Shown here in pieces: positions 36,138 through 50,383 of a DNA stretch of 64,000 nucleotides. The notes beneath the pieces were generated by a model. It did not search any database, was not told the origin of the DNA, and saw only the letters and a list, made by a program, of their open reading frames with translations. Position 1 is the stretch's first letter. Every line of letters begins with the position of its first letter. The stretch spans positions 109,430,001 to 109,494,000 of the forward strand of contig NC_043001.1 of NCBI RefSeq assembly GCF_006345805.1. Reading direction: 5' to 3'. The position numbers and the translations under genes were made by a program. Origin of the DNA: Octopus sinensis (taxonomy: Eukaryota).

Positions 36138-38323
36138 TACATATGTATGTATAACGGGTTTCCTTCAGTTACTCTCTACCAAGTCCATAAGCAAGGCTTT
36201 AGTTAGCCTGGGGCTATACAATGTTCAGGCAGTGGGATTAAACTCGGAGCGATGTAGCGGGGAAACGAAGTTTTTAACACACGACGAACCCTTTAATTAT
36301 CTCAAGTTTTTACCTTTCCATGTGAAAAGTGAATCGTAAATGTTCTATTGAATCCAACATGTTCCTAGATATGTGTTAGTGGCTTTCAAACTAATAAAAA
36401 CTACTGAAGCACTTAGAGAAGCGAATACAGAGGGCATTAATAAATGTTTGATGTCATTTCAAAGTATATATTCGTATAACATACTATATCGACAATTCTG
36501 CTTTTCTTCAACGGACAATTACTGACGAGGTAGCAGAGTAACCTTGAGAGTTTTTGATACTAATGCATATGATAATTTGTTAATATATATATTAAAGTTG
36601 AATATGACTATATATGAGAGATTAAGATTAATAGAAAATGACTGTTCTGATGTAGTTAAGATGAAATACACAATCACACATTAGTCCATTACAAAATAAT
36701 TTGAACTTACACATACAATCGAAGCGACACGCTCACACAGACAAGCAAACATGCATACATACATATGTATATTTATATAGAAATACTTAAAAACACTCAT
36801 ATCAGAGGAATATCTAAATGCAAGTTATAAAACGAAAATTAATAAAAGTTTGCTATAATTAATTAGCACGCAAATATATAATTACTTTTAATTATCGGAG
36901 AAAGTTACACTTCGATATGTGTACTTGATTTCTATGTTAATACACGACCAACATTCTAGGGAAATATTGCTTCTAATATCCATTGTTCTCTGCATCATGT
37001 ACCTGTATTAAATTTGCTGTGTAATTTGATACAGCGGTGTACATGTGTACCCGAAGTAATATTTGTATGCGTGATTGGGTGGATATCTTTCGGAATGTAT
37101 TTATAAGTTTAGAAAAGTTATTTTAATTAATTATCACCATCTTAGATTTTTCTAAGTTCACAAACATTTAATCAAGATATACACATATGTATGTAGATAT
37201 GTGTGTATGTATGTGTGTGTGTGTGCGTGTCCGTGCGTGTGTGTACATTCACTAAATATTGACTAAATATTTTATGCATCACGTCACGGGTTTGGTAATT
37301 GAAGAACGAAGATTCTAAACCAATACGCAATCATCTAAAACGCACCGATGTACGTTCAGTTACACGCACACTCACACACACATAGACACACACACACATA
37401 CACAGAGGCAAACACACACATAGGCAAACACCCACATAATACGAGTATGTATATACATATCTATGTCTGTATATATATGTATATATTGCATATATGTATG
37501 TATATTTGCGTGTGCGTGTGTGTATTTGTGTATCTAAGAGATGTTTGTAGTAGTTGTACGAACAAGTGATATTGCAGCCACTCCAACGTGGCTGTTCCGT
37601 TAGAAGCATGTCGTATATTATACATATGTACATATATATAGTAAATCCAAAAAAGAACAAACACAAAAAACAACGGGAGGACGTGGTACCTGTTATATAT
37701 TAGCAGCCGCTCGGGAAAGGAAAGAAAGATGGTTTTACGTTTCGAGCAGACGCTCTTACGACGGGCTTCTTTCAGTTTCCGTCTACTAAATCAACTCTCG
37801 AGGATTTGGTCGGCTCGGGCTATAGCAGAAGACACTTTTCCAAAGTGCCATGCAGTGGAACTGAACCCAGAACCATGTGGTTGCGAAGCAACCTTCTTAC
37901 TACACAGTCACCCCTGCGCCTATTCTAAGGAAAGATATTACTAAGATCCTTGTAACATTAAGAATCTCTCAATTGTTGTTAATCTGGAAGTATTTCATTC
38001 AATGTATTTATTTATCCTCTTAAAACCGCAGGTGTTATTTTAAACCGCTCGTAATTCAGGTATAGCTCGCTGGTATTACATGTGACGGAAGAAAGCATTT
38101 AAAGGTGATGTATTCAAACTCCGTGTTGTACAATGTATACGGCTATTAAGTGTTTTCAGTGCTGCATATTCAACCTTATATTTTCTTAATTATGTCAGGA
38201 AATGCTGCTATTGAAAAGAATTCTATTTCCTTTTCCATCCAATTTCTAAATAACTACGATAGGGTTTGAATTTATATGAAAGTAGTTACATCACAATGAG
38301 TCAAATTTATTGGGTGAAATTAC

Positions 38324-38452
38324 ATTTTTGGTTTCAAAGCGTATCTTGTTCTTGAAAGTACATGATCCATCAAAGAAGTGTAGCAGCAATCTGTCACTTG
38401 TTGCTGGGGTACCGTCTTGAAGAATGTCTAGGTGAACGAGTCCACCCGAGAA
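38324..38452 (-). other. Exon-like 129-nt segment, unknown product
   Basis: ttttaag|TTC...AAT|gtaatt, phase 0-0, 43 codons FSGGLVHLDILQDGTPATSDRLLLHFFDGSCTFKNKIRFETKN; no family recognised. Confidence 0.25.
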
Positions 38453-38477
38453 CTTAAAATGTTTAAAGCCTGATACT

Positions 38478-38581
38478 TATTTTATCGGTCGTTTTTGCCG
38501 AACCGCTGAAAGACGGGTATGTATGCACACCAACATCGGTTGTGAAGCGGTGATGGAGACAAACACAAACATAAAGACACA

Positions 38582-38616
<35 letters not shown>

Positions 38617-38908
38617 GCACACACTCACACACACACACACATGCATACACACGCACATGTATTGTGTACTTATTTCAGTTTCCGATTTTTCTATTGCCCA
38701 CAAGGGGCTAAACATGGCGACAAACAGGGATAGACAAAGGGATTAAGTCGATTATATCGACCCCAGTGCGTAACTGGTACTTATTTAATCGAGCCCGAAA
38801 GGCTGAAAGGCAAAGTCGACCTCGGCGGAATTTGAACTCAGAACGTAGCGGCAAACGAAATACTGTTAAGCATTTCGCCCGGCGTGCTAACGGTTCTGGC
38901 AGCCCGCC
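38478..38908 (-). mobile_element. SINE family B dimer joined to family A tail
   Basis: gcaaagtcgacctcggcggaatttgaactcagaacg; accaacatcggttgtgaagc. Confidence 0.75.
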
Positions 38909-40153
38909 TCCTTAGATTTTTCCTCCTTGGAATCTCTTTCTTTCTTGGAATTTATCTCAAAGTATTCAGGTTCATTTTCGGGAGTGTGAGATACGTTGCT
39001 CTCAATCATAATTATACGGAACATTAGAGCAGTTTCTGGAAAAGGTAACATAATAAAATCGATGCGTATCTTGCGCATAAATCCTACTCAGTTGCTGAAA
39101 ACATGTAATGATTTTAGTTAGACTATTATCTCTGCAGAGCATATTAATTGTCTTTGGTTTTCAGTTCTTTACATTCCTGTTTAATTAGATCCCCTCTGTC
39201 AAAGTATCCTGTATGGAAACACAAAATTTATAAGACAGTCTCTATTTGAGTTACTTTACGCATCTTTACATGAGAATAACTTCAATGAAATATCTCTTCA
39301 TACCCTCAAAGACACGTCCACACTAAACACAGTTTATCCATGAACACAAAACATTTTTAATACGTAAAGTATGCGTATGCTGCGAGCTGGCAGAGTCATT
39401 AACACGTTTGTATTTCATCCGTTTTTACGGCCTCAATTCAAATTTCGCCGCGGTCGACTTTGCTTTTCATCCCTTTCGTGGTCAATAAAACGTACCAGCT
39501 AACCACTGGGATCGATGTCATCTATTTACTCTTTCCCTCCCAATTTCTGTCCTTTTGCCAAAATATGAAACCAATATGTATAGTATGCGTCAGTGATACT
39601 TTTCAAATTGACCTAATATATTAAAGTTGGTTACGAAAAGATGTTGAACAAAGAATATTTATTTTCTGTTTAACTTTGGATACTGTTAAAAGAAAGAATT
39701 GTAGTCATAATGATCGTAGAAGCACCAACAGTGGTGAAATCGATGTGATTAATGCTTCTCTGGATCTGTTTCAAGTATATTGTTGCAAGGAAAACATTTG
39801 CAGTCCACTAAGTAGATATGATCAAGTGACCATTATTGAACAGATCTCGTCTGCGCATTCAATATAATAAAGGATTATAACATTAACAAACATAAATGTT
39901 ATATTTATAGCATTATCGAATATAATATAGTATTAATTTGCTTATCTTATTCCCTATACATGTATTACTTCAGATTTATTTCCAAGTTTATGTTTGGAAT
40001 GCTATGCATTTGGGAAGGAGAGGTCTTCATGTATACTAAATACAAGCAACCAAATCGAGCATTTAATGGAATTATGAACTTTTCTACATATGAAATAATA
40101 CTGATAATCTCATTTATAGAAAAAAAGCAATAGCAGAACATTAATTGCAATAT

Positions 40154-40462
40154 CTCGTCGCCCTTTTCAAGCCTAGCCAGGCTCATGGGCCCGGTTTCCC
40201 GGTTTCTGTCGCGTATGTGTTCCCCCCCAGCTGGACGGGACTCCAGGCCATCGCAGCTTTACTCAAGAAACAGGAAGAGAGAGTGAGAGAAAGTTGTGGC
40301 GAAAGAGTACAACAGGGGTCGCCACCACCCCCTGCCGGAGCCTCGTGGAGCTGTTAGGTGTTTTCGCTCAATAAACACACACAACGCCCGGTCTGGGAAT
40401 CGAAACCGCGATCCTCCGATCGCGAGTCCGCCGCCCTGGCCACTGGGACATTACGCCTCCAC
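40154..40462 (-). mobile_element. tRNA(Arg)-like-head SINE with V-like tail and 12-bp TSD
   Basis: TSD taattgcaatat at 40142-40153 and 40463-40474; head shared with 26413-26805. Confidence 0.9.
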
Positions 40463-41832
40463 TAATTGCAATATGCTCCTGGTAATTTTGTAATCAACAC
40501 AGGAATGAATGGAAGTTGTATTTAAACCCGCTGTGATTTGAACACAAGTATATAATGAAGGTAACTAATGCCTTGCGTTTGGTCAAAGTTATCCCTACTT
40601 TTCTACCGCCATTTTAAATCTAATATGTTCCCAATTATGATGGTCATATTTTTGCGAGGAAAACTACAATGCAGACGATGGCGAGATCAACTAACACTGG
40701 ATCATTATAAATGGCAATATATCACTGTAAATGATTTAGAATATCGATTCTATATTAAACATGTCATCGGCCGTAAAAACAACTTTGCTAGCAACACAGG
40801 ACTGTTGATTATCGAAGAAAAACTGATAACAAATTACTATTTTACATGCAAGAATGATTACACATTTGATTGAATTGGAATATCTTCGTGTCTGTTTGTT
40901 TGTGCAAGTGTTGATTTGTGAGCCAGTTCATCGCTTAATACGATTATTCTGATTATTACTAAAAAGCTCGAAGCTACAATTAAAACCAGTTTTCTTGTTA
41001 CTTATGTTTTAAAATATTTTAAACAGGAAATCACGAGCTACATTGGAATGATTTAACGTGGTAGTTATATACATAAATACATAAATACATACTTACGTAT
41101 ATATATATATATATATATAATATATATATATATATATAATATATATATATATATATCAATAGTGAAATATAATTATTGAATAATGTCAAGTTAGAAGCGA
41201 TTTTTATCACAGTCAGCAGTAATTGAATACACTATCAAGTATCTGTATATGAAATTTCTGTGATATAAACATTGAAAGTATTTCTTTATTTATAATGATC
41301 TATTACATTTTAAAGTAAATACGAAAAGTAATTATGCTCTTCTCACAACCCTCCAACCACAAAGATAGCGAAAAAGCATATGAAAAGCATATGAAGAACA
41401 TCTCTATGGTTCTGAAACTCGGAATGGCCCGTTATCATTTTCAAATAATTATTAAAACATATCTCTAATTAAAATGCGAATCAGCACAGTAATTTAATTT
41501 CATTTTAATATGGTGCAGCTGAAATGAGCAAGAAAATATTGGATTTAAAAAGCAGCTCGTATATTTTGTGTTCAATTATCCTTGTTGAGTTCCAATGGAT
41601 TTTTAAGGAAAACAAGTAAACACATTAATGGGGGATCTCCGTCGGTTTCGACGATTTGCATTGCGCTGTTCGAAAAAGAGCAAATCTCGTTTAACCCAAA
41701 CTGCCAACGGCAAGACATTCTGTAAATACGTCATTAGGACATAATTCTCAAGTTAGATTAGCGTGGCCTTACGTGTCAGGGCTGGATCAAGGCATTATAG
41801 GTAAATTAAATTCAAACTGCAGGTGAGAGAGT

Positions 41833-41863
<31 letters not shown>

Positions 41864-42271
41864 GGGGAGAGAGAGAGAAAGGGATATATAAAATAAAGTG
41901 AAGTGGTGACTCTTGTATTGAGCTGATAGTTTCTTTCTTGCTAATCGAAAGTATAGGAAACGTAATTTCAATCCCAGCAGATTTGAACTTACAGCAAGGA
42001 TAACCGTACGAAATAAAGTCAAGCATTATAATGGCGTATAAGGGGAAATATGCTGATTCAAAAGGCTAATCGATGCAGTGGAAATAACTGGAGTTAAAAG
42101 TCAATGAATAGGCATTTTAGGTATTTTCGAAAGAATAAACACACACACACACACACACACCACACACACACACACCACACACACACCACGAACACAACAC
42201 ACACACGCAACAACACACACACACACACACACACCACACACACACACACACACACACCACACACACACACA

Positions 42272-42320
<49 letters not shown>

Positions 42321-42432
42321 CATATATTCGAGAAAATTAATAGGAAAATGATTTTGCAAGTTAATAATTAAATGTCTACAAAACATATGTTTACGAATCG
42401 TATCGTGACTCTCCTTCTTCCTGTGATTAGAG

Positions 42433-43017
42433 CATAGGTTTTCAAAATGGGTGCTACCGCCCCCCGGTGGGCGTTGAGACAGTCAAGGTAGACGCTAGTG
42501 CCTTAGGGGGCGGCAGAGAAAAGGGAGGCGTTGGGAGGAAAGCAGTAGATTGGGGGACACTATGAATTTATTATAATATTATTGGATTTGGTAGACGGAA
42601 ACTTTAAGAAGCCTGTCGTATATATGTATATATATATGTATGTGTGTGTGTGTGTTTGTGTGTCTGTATTTGTCCCCCTTGCATTGCCTGACAACCGATG
42701 CTGGTGTGTTTACGACCCCGTCACTTAGCGGTTCGGCAAAAGAGACCGATAGAATAAGTACTGGGCTTACAAAGAATAAGTTCCGGGGCCGATTTGCTCG
42801 ACTAAAGGCGGTGCTCCAGCATGGCCGCAGTCAAATGACTGAAACAAGTAAAAGAGTATCTTATACAGATTATATAATATATTAAATATCGAATGATTGA
42901 TAGTATATATAATTTAGTAAAATGCAATATATTTATTTATGCATAAAAATAGGGGGGAAACTGAGAGTATTATGTGGCCATGAGGGGGCGGTGGCCCCAA
43001 AAGTCTGAGAACCGCTG
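42433..43017. mobile_element. hAT (Buster-type) MITE with intact 8-bp TSD and a nested SINE A fragment
   Basis: TSD gatTAgag at 42425-42432 and 43018-43025; ends cataggttttcaaa...ctgagaaccgctg; SINE at ~42580-42855. Confidence 0.9.
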
Positions 43018-43340
43018 GATTAGAGTATGTTTCATAAAAAAAATAAATAAAAAAGAGCCCCTGATCTCAGAACGTGTTTGTTGCTTAATAGCAGATTTCA
43101 AATTTTACTTCTGTTGCTGTTACAGTCGTCCTTTGTTGCCCGGATGTTAGTTGGTGTGTGTGTGTTAGGAAACCATATGAACGAGTGGACAAGCGATAGA
43201 AAAGGGCACTCTCTATTCGGTAATCTAAAGCTTGAAAGAGACGGGATCCTGGTAGAGAGCTGCGAAAGTTTAAGTCACATAGAACTGAATGAAAGTGTTG
43301 TATGTGTGTGTAGGTATATACACACAAACACGCACGCACA

Positions 43341-43380
<40 letters not shown>

Positions 43381-43393
43381 ATATAATATATAT

Positions 43394-43431
<38 letters not shown>

Positions 43432-43593
43432 CTATAACTCGTCAGGTGTCGCTCTGGATGCCCGAAAAGTTAAGTTCGTTCTACGAGCCTACGACTCTTT
43501 AAGTTGCTTGGAGATGATTCAGACTGCTATCAAACCATATATGTGTGTATTATATATTATATATTACATATGTATATAAATGTACAATGTATG

Positions 43594-43629
<36 letters not shown>

Positions 43630-43631
43630 AG

Positions 43632-44232
43632 TGGGTAGGGAAAGGAGAAACACCGGCATCCCAGGCTAAGGAAGTCTTCATCCACGTAAGGTGTTCTTAT
43701 GTGTTTCCCGCGATATGAACGGTATAGTCCACCTCGAACTTTTAAACCCAAACCAAACGATAACAAAGGAGGTCTAGTGCGAGCAGCTTGAGCGGATAAA
43801 GTCAATGCCAGAAGAAAGACGACTGTCTTTGGCTTCAATTTCAAGACGAAAGATGTTCTTCAATCAAGATAATGTTCGGTCACACACAGCGAGGATGACA
43901 TTCCAAAGGCTGGAACAGTTTGAATGGGAAACGATTCCCCAACCATCATATTCGTCGAACATTGTACCATCTATTTCCCATTTATTCCACAGTCTTCAAA
44001 ATCATTTGGACGAAAAAATATGAATTCTGTAGGCAAGGTCAGAATAGTACTGGAGGAGTATTATTTGTCACCGACAAGTGAATATGGGAAAAGGGGGTTT
44101 GTAAGTATATCAGATAGATGGAAGAGCATTGTAGATAATGAAGGAGAGTATATTTTAGATAAAAAAGAACTTTATTTTTAATTTGAAAAATAACAGAAGT
44201 TTTAAAAAACGCATGATTTATGGGATAAATAT
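43632..44232 (+). mobile_element. Mariner transposase 3' half, decayed, with degenerate 3' TIR
   Basis: HPRKVFLC...GIVHLELLNPNQTI; QDNVRSHTA; PSYSSNIVPS..HLFHSLQNHL; RWKSIVDNEGEYI; ttatgggat TIR core. Confidence 0.85.
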
Positions 44233-44243
44233 TTATATATATG

Positions 44244-44277
<34 letters not shown>

Positions 44278-44334
44278 TGTATGTATGCATGTATGTATGT
44301 ATGTATGTATGTATGTGTGTGTGTATGTATGTGT

Positions 44335-44525
44335 GTGTGTGTGTTTATCCTCCCAACATCGCTTCAAAAACCGATGGTGGTATGTTTACATCCCCGTAAC
44401 TTAGTGGTTCGGCAAAAGAGACTGATAGAATAAGTACTAGGGTTCTAAAGAATAAGTCCTGGGGTCGATTTGCTCGACTAAAGGCGCTGCTGCAGCATGG
44501 CCGCAGTCAAATCACTGAAAAATTA
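44335..44525 (+). mobile_element. SINE family A tail
   Basis: aaccgatggtgg...tcgatttgctcgactaaaggcg...gcatggccgcagtcaa. Confidence 0.8.
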
Positions 44526-44544
44526 AAAGTATATATATATATAT

Positions 44545-44598
<54 letters not shown>

Positions 44599-45659
44599 AT
44601 GTATATATGTATATGGAAAGTGAGACAGAAAGAATAAAAATGGAAGAAAGCGACGTGTATTTATGTGAAAGGGAGAAGGCCATTATGCTCATATAAATGT
44701 TGAACGTACGTATTTATGTGTTAATTTTTACCTCACTTATAAATATTATTGCCAATTATAGAAATAATTATGTTATATTCATATCGTTTGAGGGTAAAAA
44801 TTTCCAATAACAAAATTACAGATACTGAAATTTTATTTTCCTTTATGATAATATTAAACGATTTAATATAATAATATTAATTATTTAAATCTAACTCACA
44901 GGATTTCATATTAATATAGTTTTCTACTTAAAGGTAGTATATATGTGTATTCCATTTGACATTTGCTAACATCCGTATATCATTATATAGCATCTATTTT
45001 AATCTTCACTTTTCAATTCAGCAATTAGTTCTCGCGTTCACACACAGCCGCACTTTCTGCAGTCTGGGTGAGTCTTCGTAAATGAGGGCCACTGCACCTA
45101 TACTTCTAGAAATCTCATGTGCATACAATGATGCATGCATTCAGTCATTCATGCATACATTCTTGACACGAAAACCGTTTGTATAAACGAAACGCTTATT
45201 ATCTCTTTTACTACGGAAATCAGTACGTATTCACTAAAAATGCGCGTGCCTGTGCATGTGTGTGTGTGTGTATGCATATATATATACACACATATATATA
45301 ACATAAATAATATATATATATATAATATATATATAATATATATATATATAATATATAATATATATATATATGCATATATATAATATAAATAATATATATA
45401 TATATGCATATATATAATATAAATAATATATATATATATATGAATACACACACACACATATATATATATATATTATATATATATATAATATATATATATA
45501 TATATAATATATATATATATGTATACATATACATATACATATATATATATATGATATAAATAATATATATATGCATATATATACATATATATATGTATAC
45601 ATATATACATACACACACATTTATATATATATATAATATATATATATATATGCATATAT

Positions 45660-46110
45660 GGGTACAAGACAGTAAACAACACGAAATATGAAAACAAATG
45701 AGTTCCATACGCAAACAACGAGAGAAACAAAGGGAAAACAGAAGTATCATAAAGAACGACACTTCATCAGTTGTCGGCTGTCTATCTACTCCTTATTTAT
45801 ATATGTGTGTATAATCGTATACATAAGCATAAACGAGGTATGTCAATGTGTGTATGTTATTGGGTGTATGGTGTACGTGTTTGTCTATGCATATGTTTGT
45901 GTTTTCATGTGTGTTGGTTGCTGCCATGCTGGTACATTTTATTGGTAGCGTTTATGTGTGTCTGTATGCGACACAGTGTCGTGGGGGATCAGACTACGTA
46001 GAGGCTGGTGACTGGTGGTTGGTGACCCTGTTCGTGGAAATGGTAGCGCTGCCCTTGTTGCAGTAAAGGGGACAGTTTATGTTAAGGTGGTATGTCCGGA
46101 TTGTCGTCCA
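45660..46110 (-). mobile_element. PLE-like terminal fragment between (AT)n tracts; homologous to 58930-59160 (+)
   Basis: Shared ggagtagata(g/a)acagccgaca...gtcgttc..tatg and T-rich tail ending tgtacc(c/t)atatatgcatata. Confidence 0.5.
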
Positions 46111-46176
46111 CCATATATATATATATAGGTACACCACAACAAAATAATCCAAGTATATATACATAAATATATATAT

Positions 46177-46240
<64 letters not shown>

Positions 46241-46509
46241 ATATATATATACATATATATATGTATGTATGAATATATATATTATATATGTATGTATGAA
46301 TATATATATTCATTCTTTCCCTCTTTCTATCAGCTCTTTCACACTTCGTTCATGTCACTCTTCGTTTTTTCGTTCTCTTCATTTAAATTTCCTGGCCTTC
46401 TCTTCATACTCACTTTTCCTCCTCTTTCACTTCACTCTGTCCCTTTCATTTTTTTCTCGCTGACCTTAATTCTTCTATCCCTATAGCTCTACCTCTCTCT
46501 CTCTCTCCT

Positions 46510-46980
46510 CTCCCCACGTAACCGGTGTTCGGCCAAGCCTGACCTTTCTTTCTTGGTTCGACTACCATCCGTGCTACATCTATATTCCTCCCTGTGCCTA
46601 AGGCTTTATCTCCACACACGCAAGTTTAATTTAATTCGTCCTTTGTGGAAAGACACCTGTTGTTATGCCCTGTTTTTTGTATTTGTATTTGTGTAACATT
46701 TCTCCGTTTTTTGCCGTCCTTGTTTTCGTAAACATTCGCTGCTTTCTTCCAAGGAATCTAATGCTCTTAGCTTAGTTTTTGCTTGGGGCTGGACAGATTG
46801 GAGCAATCTCAAGTATAACCAGTCGAAATTGCAAAGATAATCTGGAACTCGACTGAGGAAAGAAAACTACTAATGACCTGACTTTTTTTCTTTGTATCAT
46901 CTGTCTGGATATTTTCTTGTCCCATTTGTGTATCACCTAACTGCCTGGATGTTTTGCGTTCTTGTCACATTTTTGTATTT
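46510..46980 (+). mobile_element. PLE-like terminal repeat carrying a permuted HHR-like motif; homologous to 59575-60005 (-) and 54895-55059
   Basis: Collinear similarity over ~400 bp with the 59.6-60.0 kb copy; ends in (AT)n. Confidence 0.6.
46787..46859 (+). ncRNA. Non-circularly permuted hammerhead-like motif
   Basis: GGCTGG/CCAGTC (II), CAGATT/AATCTG (extra), GCAAT/ATTGC (III), C17 at 46808, TCAAGT/ACTCGA (I, one mismatch), GAAA 46825-46828, CTGAGGA 46853-46859. Confidence 0.75.
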
Positions 46981-49079
46981 TATATATATATAAATATACT
47001 ATAATAATTCTCTTGTGTTTTTCTCCATCACAACATATAAATGAGAAACGAAGGGTGATGGCCAAGTGGCTGTATCGTTTCAACTCTGTGTGAGTATATG
47101 TGTGTATGTGTGTTTTCGTGTACAAGGGAAGTATGTGATTGGTTGTGTGTGTGAACCAGCGTTCTTTCAGTAACAAACGATGATCGATGTCACATCTAAA
47201 AAAACAAATATTTGATAACATTAACAAGTATATTAATTTGATTTACCATCCATAATTATATATAAAATACTACAATTAGTCGTCGCTTTTTACGGCACGG
47301 AGTCAGCTAGTCTATGTATATATATTGGATACAAAGTTGCGAATCACCATCCCCGATTGCCCTACGTGTATTGCATTCTATGTCATGTTAAAACATTCGA
47401 TTTATACTCATTATATCAGTACAATAATGACCGCAAACATACTTGTCAGTTGAATAAGTGTTATTGGAAACTCTATCGCTTCGTATTCGGTTTCATTGCG
47501 TGGTTGTTTTCGCAATATCTTTTACTATACTTTGATGACAGTGAACGCCTTCTAAATGAAATTTTATACACATGAGATACGTGGAAACCTGTTGCAGTAG
47601 CCATTCCTTTAATGTGGGTGAGTTATCACTTAATCTATTGTTTCAGTGTTAGCGGAACTTTGTTGCAATCATTCGGTGAATACCAGGCTTCTAAGGATAA
47701 TTTTCGCACCAGATTCAAACATTATTCGCAGACCCTGCCTTTTTAAGTCTGGCCAAGCTATACAATTTGTATTACAGTTCCTTAGTTGACAAGACTGTTA
47801 ACTTCGTCGCATTGTTATATCATTCAGAAACTCCGAAACGATGCCCTGAAAGTATATAAATGAAATCAAATTGCATACTGCAATGTTAAATTTTGTAAAT
47901 TCAATGCTAAATACTAAATAAATTCCATACATTTATGGCAAATGTGTGCTATAAATGCTTTAAATATGTGTACGTGAAGGAAGTCTATATTCCCTCCTCA
48001 CTGGAACAAAAACGGTTCAACTCACTGGAAAGGAAAGGAAACCAAACTTTGTTTTCAAAATACCTGCCGCCATTTTTTAAAAGAACGGGAAAATACATTG
48101 AAACATGTAGCTGTAGATAAATGTAAATTACAATCCAGAAACACCAAGACTGCAAATGCAAGCAATCAGAGTTGAGCTGAATGTAAATGCCATCATTAAA
48201 AAAGGGTTTTGCAATGGTAAAGTTGTAATACCAACGGGATTTGAGTTTGACGTGCAGAGACGGTCAAAACTAACTTTTGGAACACATTTTAATTTTCTTA
48301 TAACATAACGTTTCTGTCATGTCATTTTCAGAATGTTGAACAAAACTATTGTTTTTATGTCACAGTAATTATAAAGATATTAAAGAATTTTGCGTCTAAA
48401 ACCAAAGATAAAGCTAAAATGAAAATAAAAGTTGCAAATTCATATATTAATAATATGATGAGCCTTAAGCTTAAATATGAATGGATCCCTTGGGAGTGAG
48501 CTATACTGACAAACGGGGAAAACAAATGATAAAATGTATAATAATTATGTTTATAATGTAATAAACTTTCAATGCGTGATTTGCCCGTGTTTCGTCATTG
48601 CAAACGACGGTTCTAGTTATTTCATGACTCTTTTATAGGAACAACATTGGACTTTCCAGCATAAATATTTAATGCTGCAAGTCGTTTGCTTTTATGAAGG
48701 CTAGTTAGAAATATTTGCCATCCAAATCTGCTGTATGTTTTTTTTTTAATGCGCCTAATATGGCATTAAAAAAATGAAGTGCTTACTATATTGTGTTTCG
48801 GTTCAGGCATTAAAGCGAACGTTTAAGATGAGGCGAGGCACAAAATCGATTTTTTGACCAATGAATGAGAAAATGCTCAGATGTATGGGAATTTCAAAAG
48901 AACATGAAATGAAAATAACTGAATACTGTAAAGTATTTTTTCCGGATCTATAGTTCTGTTACCTTTGTATATAACTCGTGTGAAAAAAATGAAAATAAGC
49001 AAGAAATGGAAACTTTTACCTGGTATTTATGCGTGTTATAACAAAGAAATACGTTCACTGCAAGTGGTAGCATAGCTAT

Positions 49080-49300
49080 TTCTTTACTACCCACAAGGGG
49101 ATAAACACTGCGGGGACAAATAAGGACAGACAAAAGGATTAAGTCGATTACATCGGCCCCATTGCGTAACTGGTATTTATTTTATCGACCCCGAAAGGAT
49201 GAAAAGCAAAGTCAACCTCGGCGGAATTTGAACTCAGAACGTAGCAGCATACGAAATACCGCTACACATTTCGCCCGGCATGCTAACTATTCTGCCAGCA
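49080..49300 (-). mobile_element. SINE family B
   Basis: atcgaccccgaaaggatgaaaagcaaagtcaacctcggcggaatttgaactcagaacg. Confidence 0.8.
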
Positions 49301-49696
49301 TACCTTCATAATAAATTAACAACAAAAATGTCCACTACTATTAATGAGATAATGACTCATATACATGCGAAATATCTTTTATTCTCATTGTGTAACATAC
49401 TATTTCAGTATTAAATACCATTTCTTCTTCGTATTTTAAGTTTTGTTTCTGTTACAACGTATAACTTGCTGCATTTTTATACAATGTGCTACAGTAATTT
49501 ACGAAGCTCAGTTTCTCGTTGCAAAATTAAGCAACCTAAACTATGTGTCTGATAATGTAAGATAATTACATGGTTGGTTATTGATGTTACGATTTTCTGT
49601 ATTGAGGTATGTTTTGCATTATTTATTATTTTTCTATGTGCTTATTTCTTTCGGGCCTTGTGACTATAATTAGTAACCATTATTATTATTATTATT

Positions 49697-50250
49697 GAGT
49701 GAGAGAGCCGTGCATGCCATCAAAGTGACACTGGGGTAAAATATACAAAGCCCAATATACCCATCATGACTACCCGTCTGATAAGGGTACACCAGGCACA
49801 TGCATCACAACCATATGTGCGCGACATGGTGATCTCATATCAAGATAAACAGCACATGATCTTGCAGGTGGGGCCCAGTTAGAATTTTCTTCAGGTTGAG
49901 TAGCCCATCCCGCTCAAAAGCTCCCTGAATAAGGGTTGTTTAAGGATGTTGAAAGAACCACCCATGTTTCCAGAGGTGAATTATTCAAACCCCAAAGAAT
50001 CCCTCTCAACACATGGCTATGATGCTCCCCCACTACTTCTGCTCGTGATCAGAGATGCACATATCGTCAGCCACTAAGGGACATGCTCAACTGGTTAAGG
50101 TCAAACAACTGACAGGCAAATTTGTGGTACTGAGCAGAATATTTGCTGTAGCCCATCTTTTATACCAAGACAAAACAATGTACATGATAACACTTCCAAT
50201 CAGTTAAGACCAGAAGCCATGAGAGCCACTGCCTGGTACTGCATCAGGGC

Positions 50251-50252
<2 letters not shown>
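49697..50252 (-). mobile_element. ~555-bp non-coding element inserted in (TAA)n
   Basis: (TTA)n at 49679-49696 and 50253-50382; partial second copy at 12639-12771, also in a TAA array. Confidence 0.65.
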
Positions 50253-50322
<70 letters not shown>

Positions 50323-50328
50323 CATTAC

Positions 50329-50383
<55 letters not shown>

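Noticed and set aside
43430-43545. CTGACGAG on the minus strand next to (AT)n
   Set aside because: No matching GAAA or helix III found
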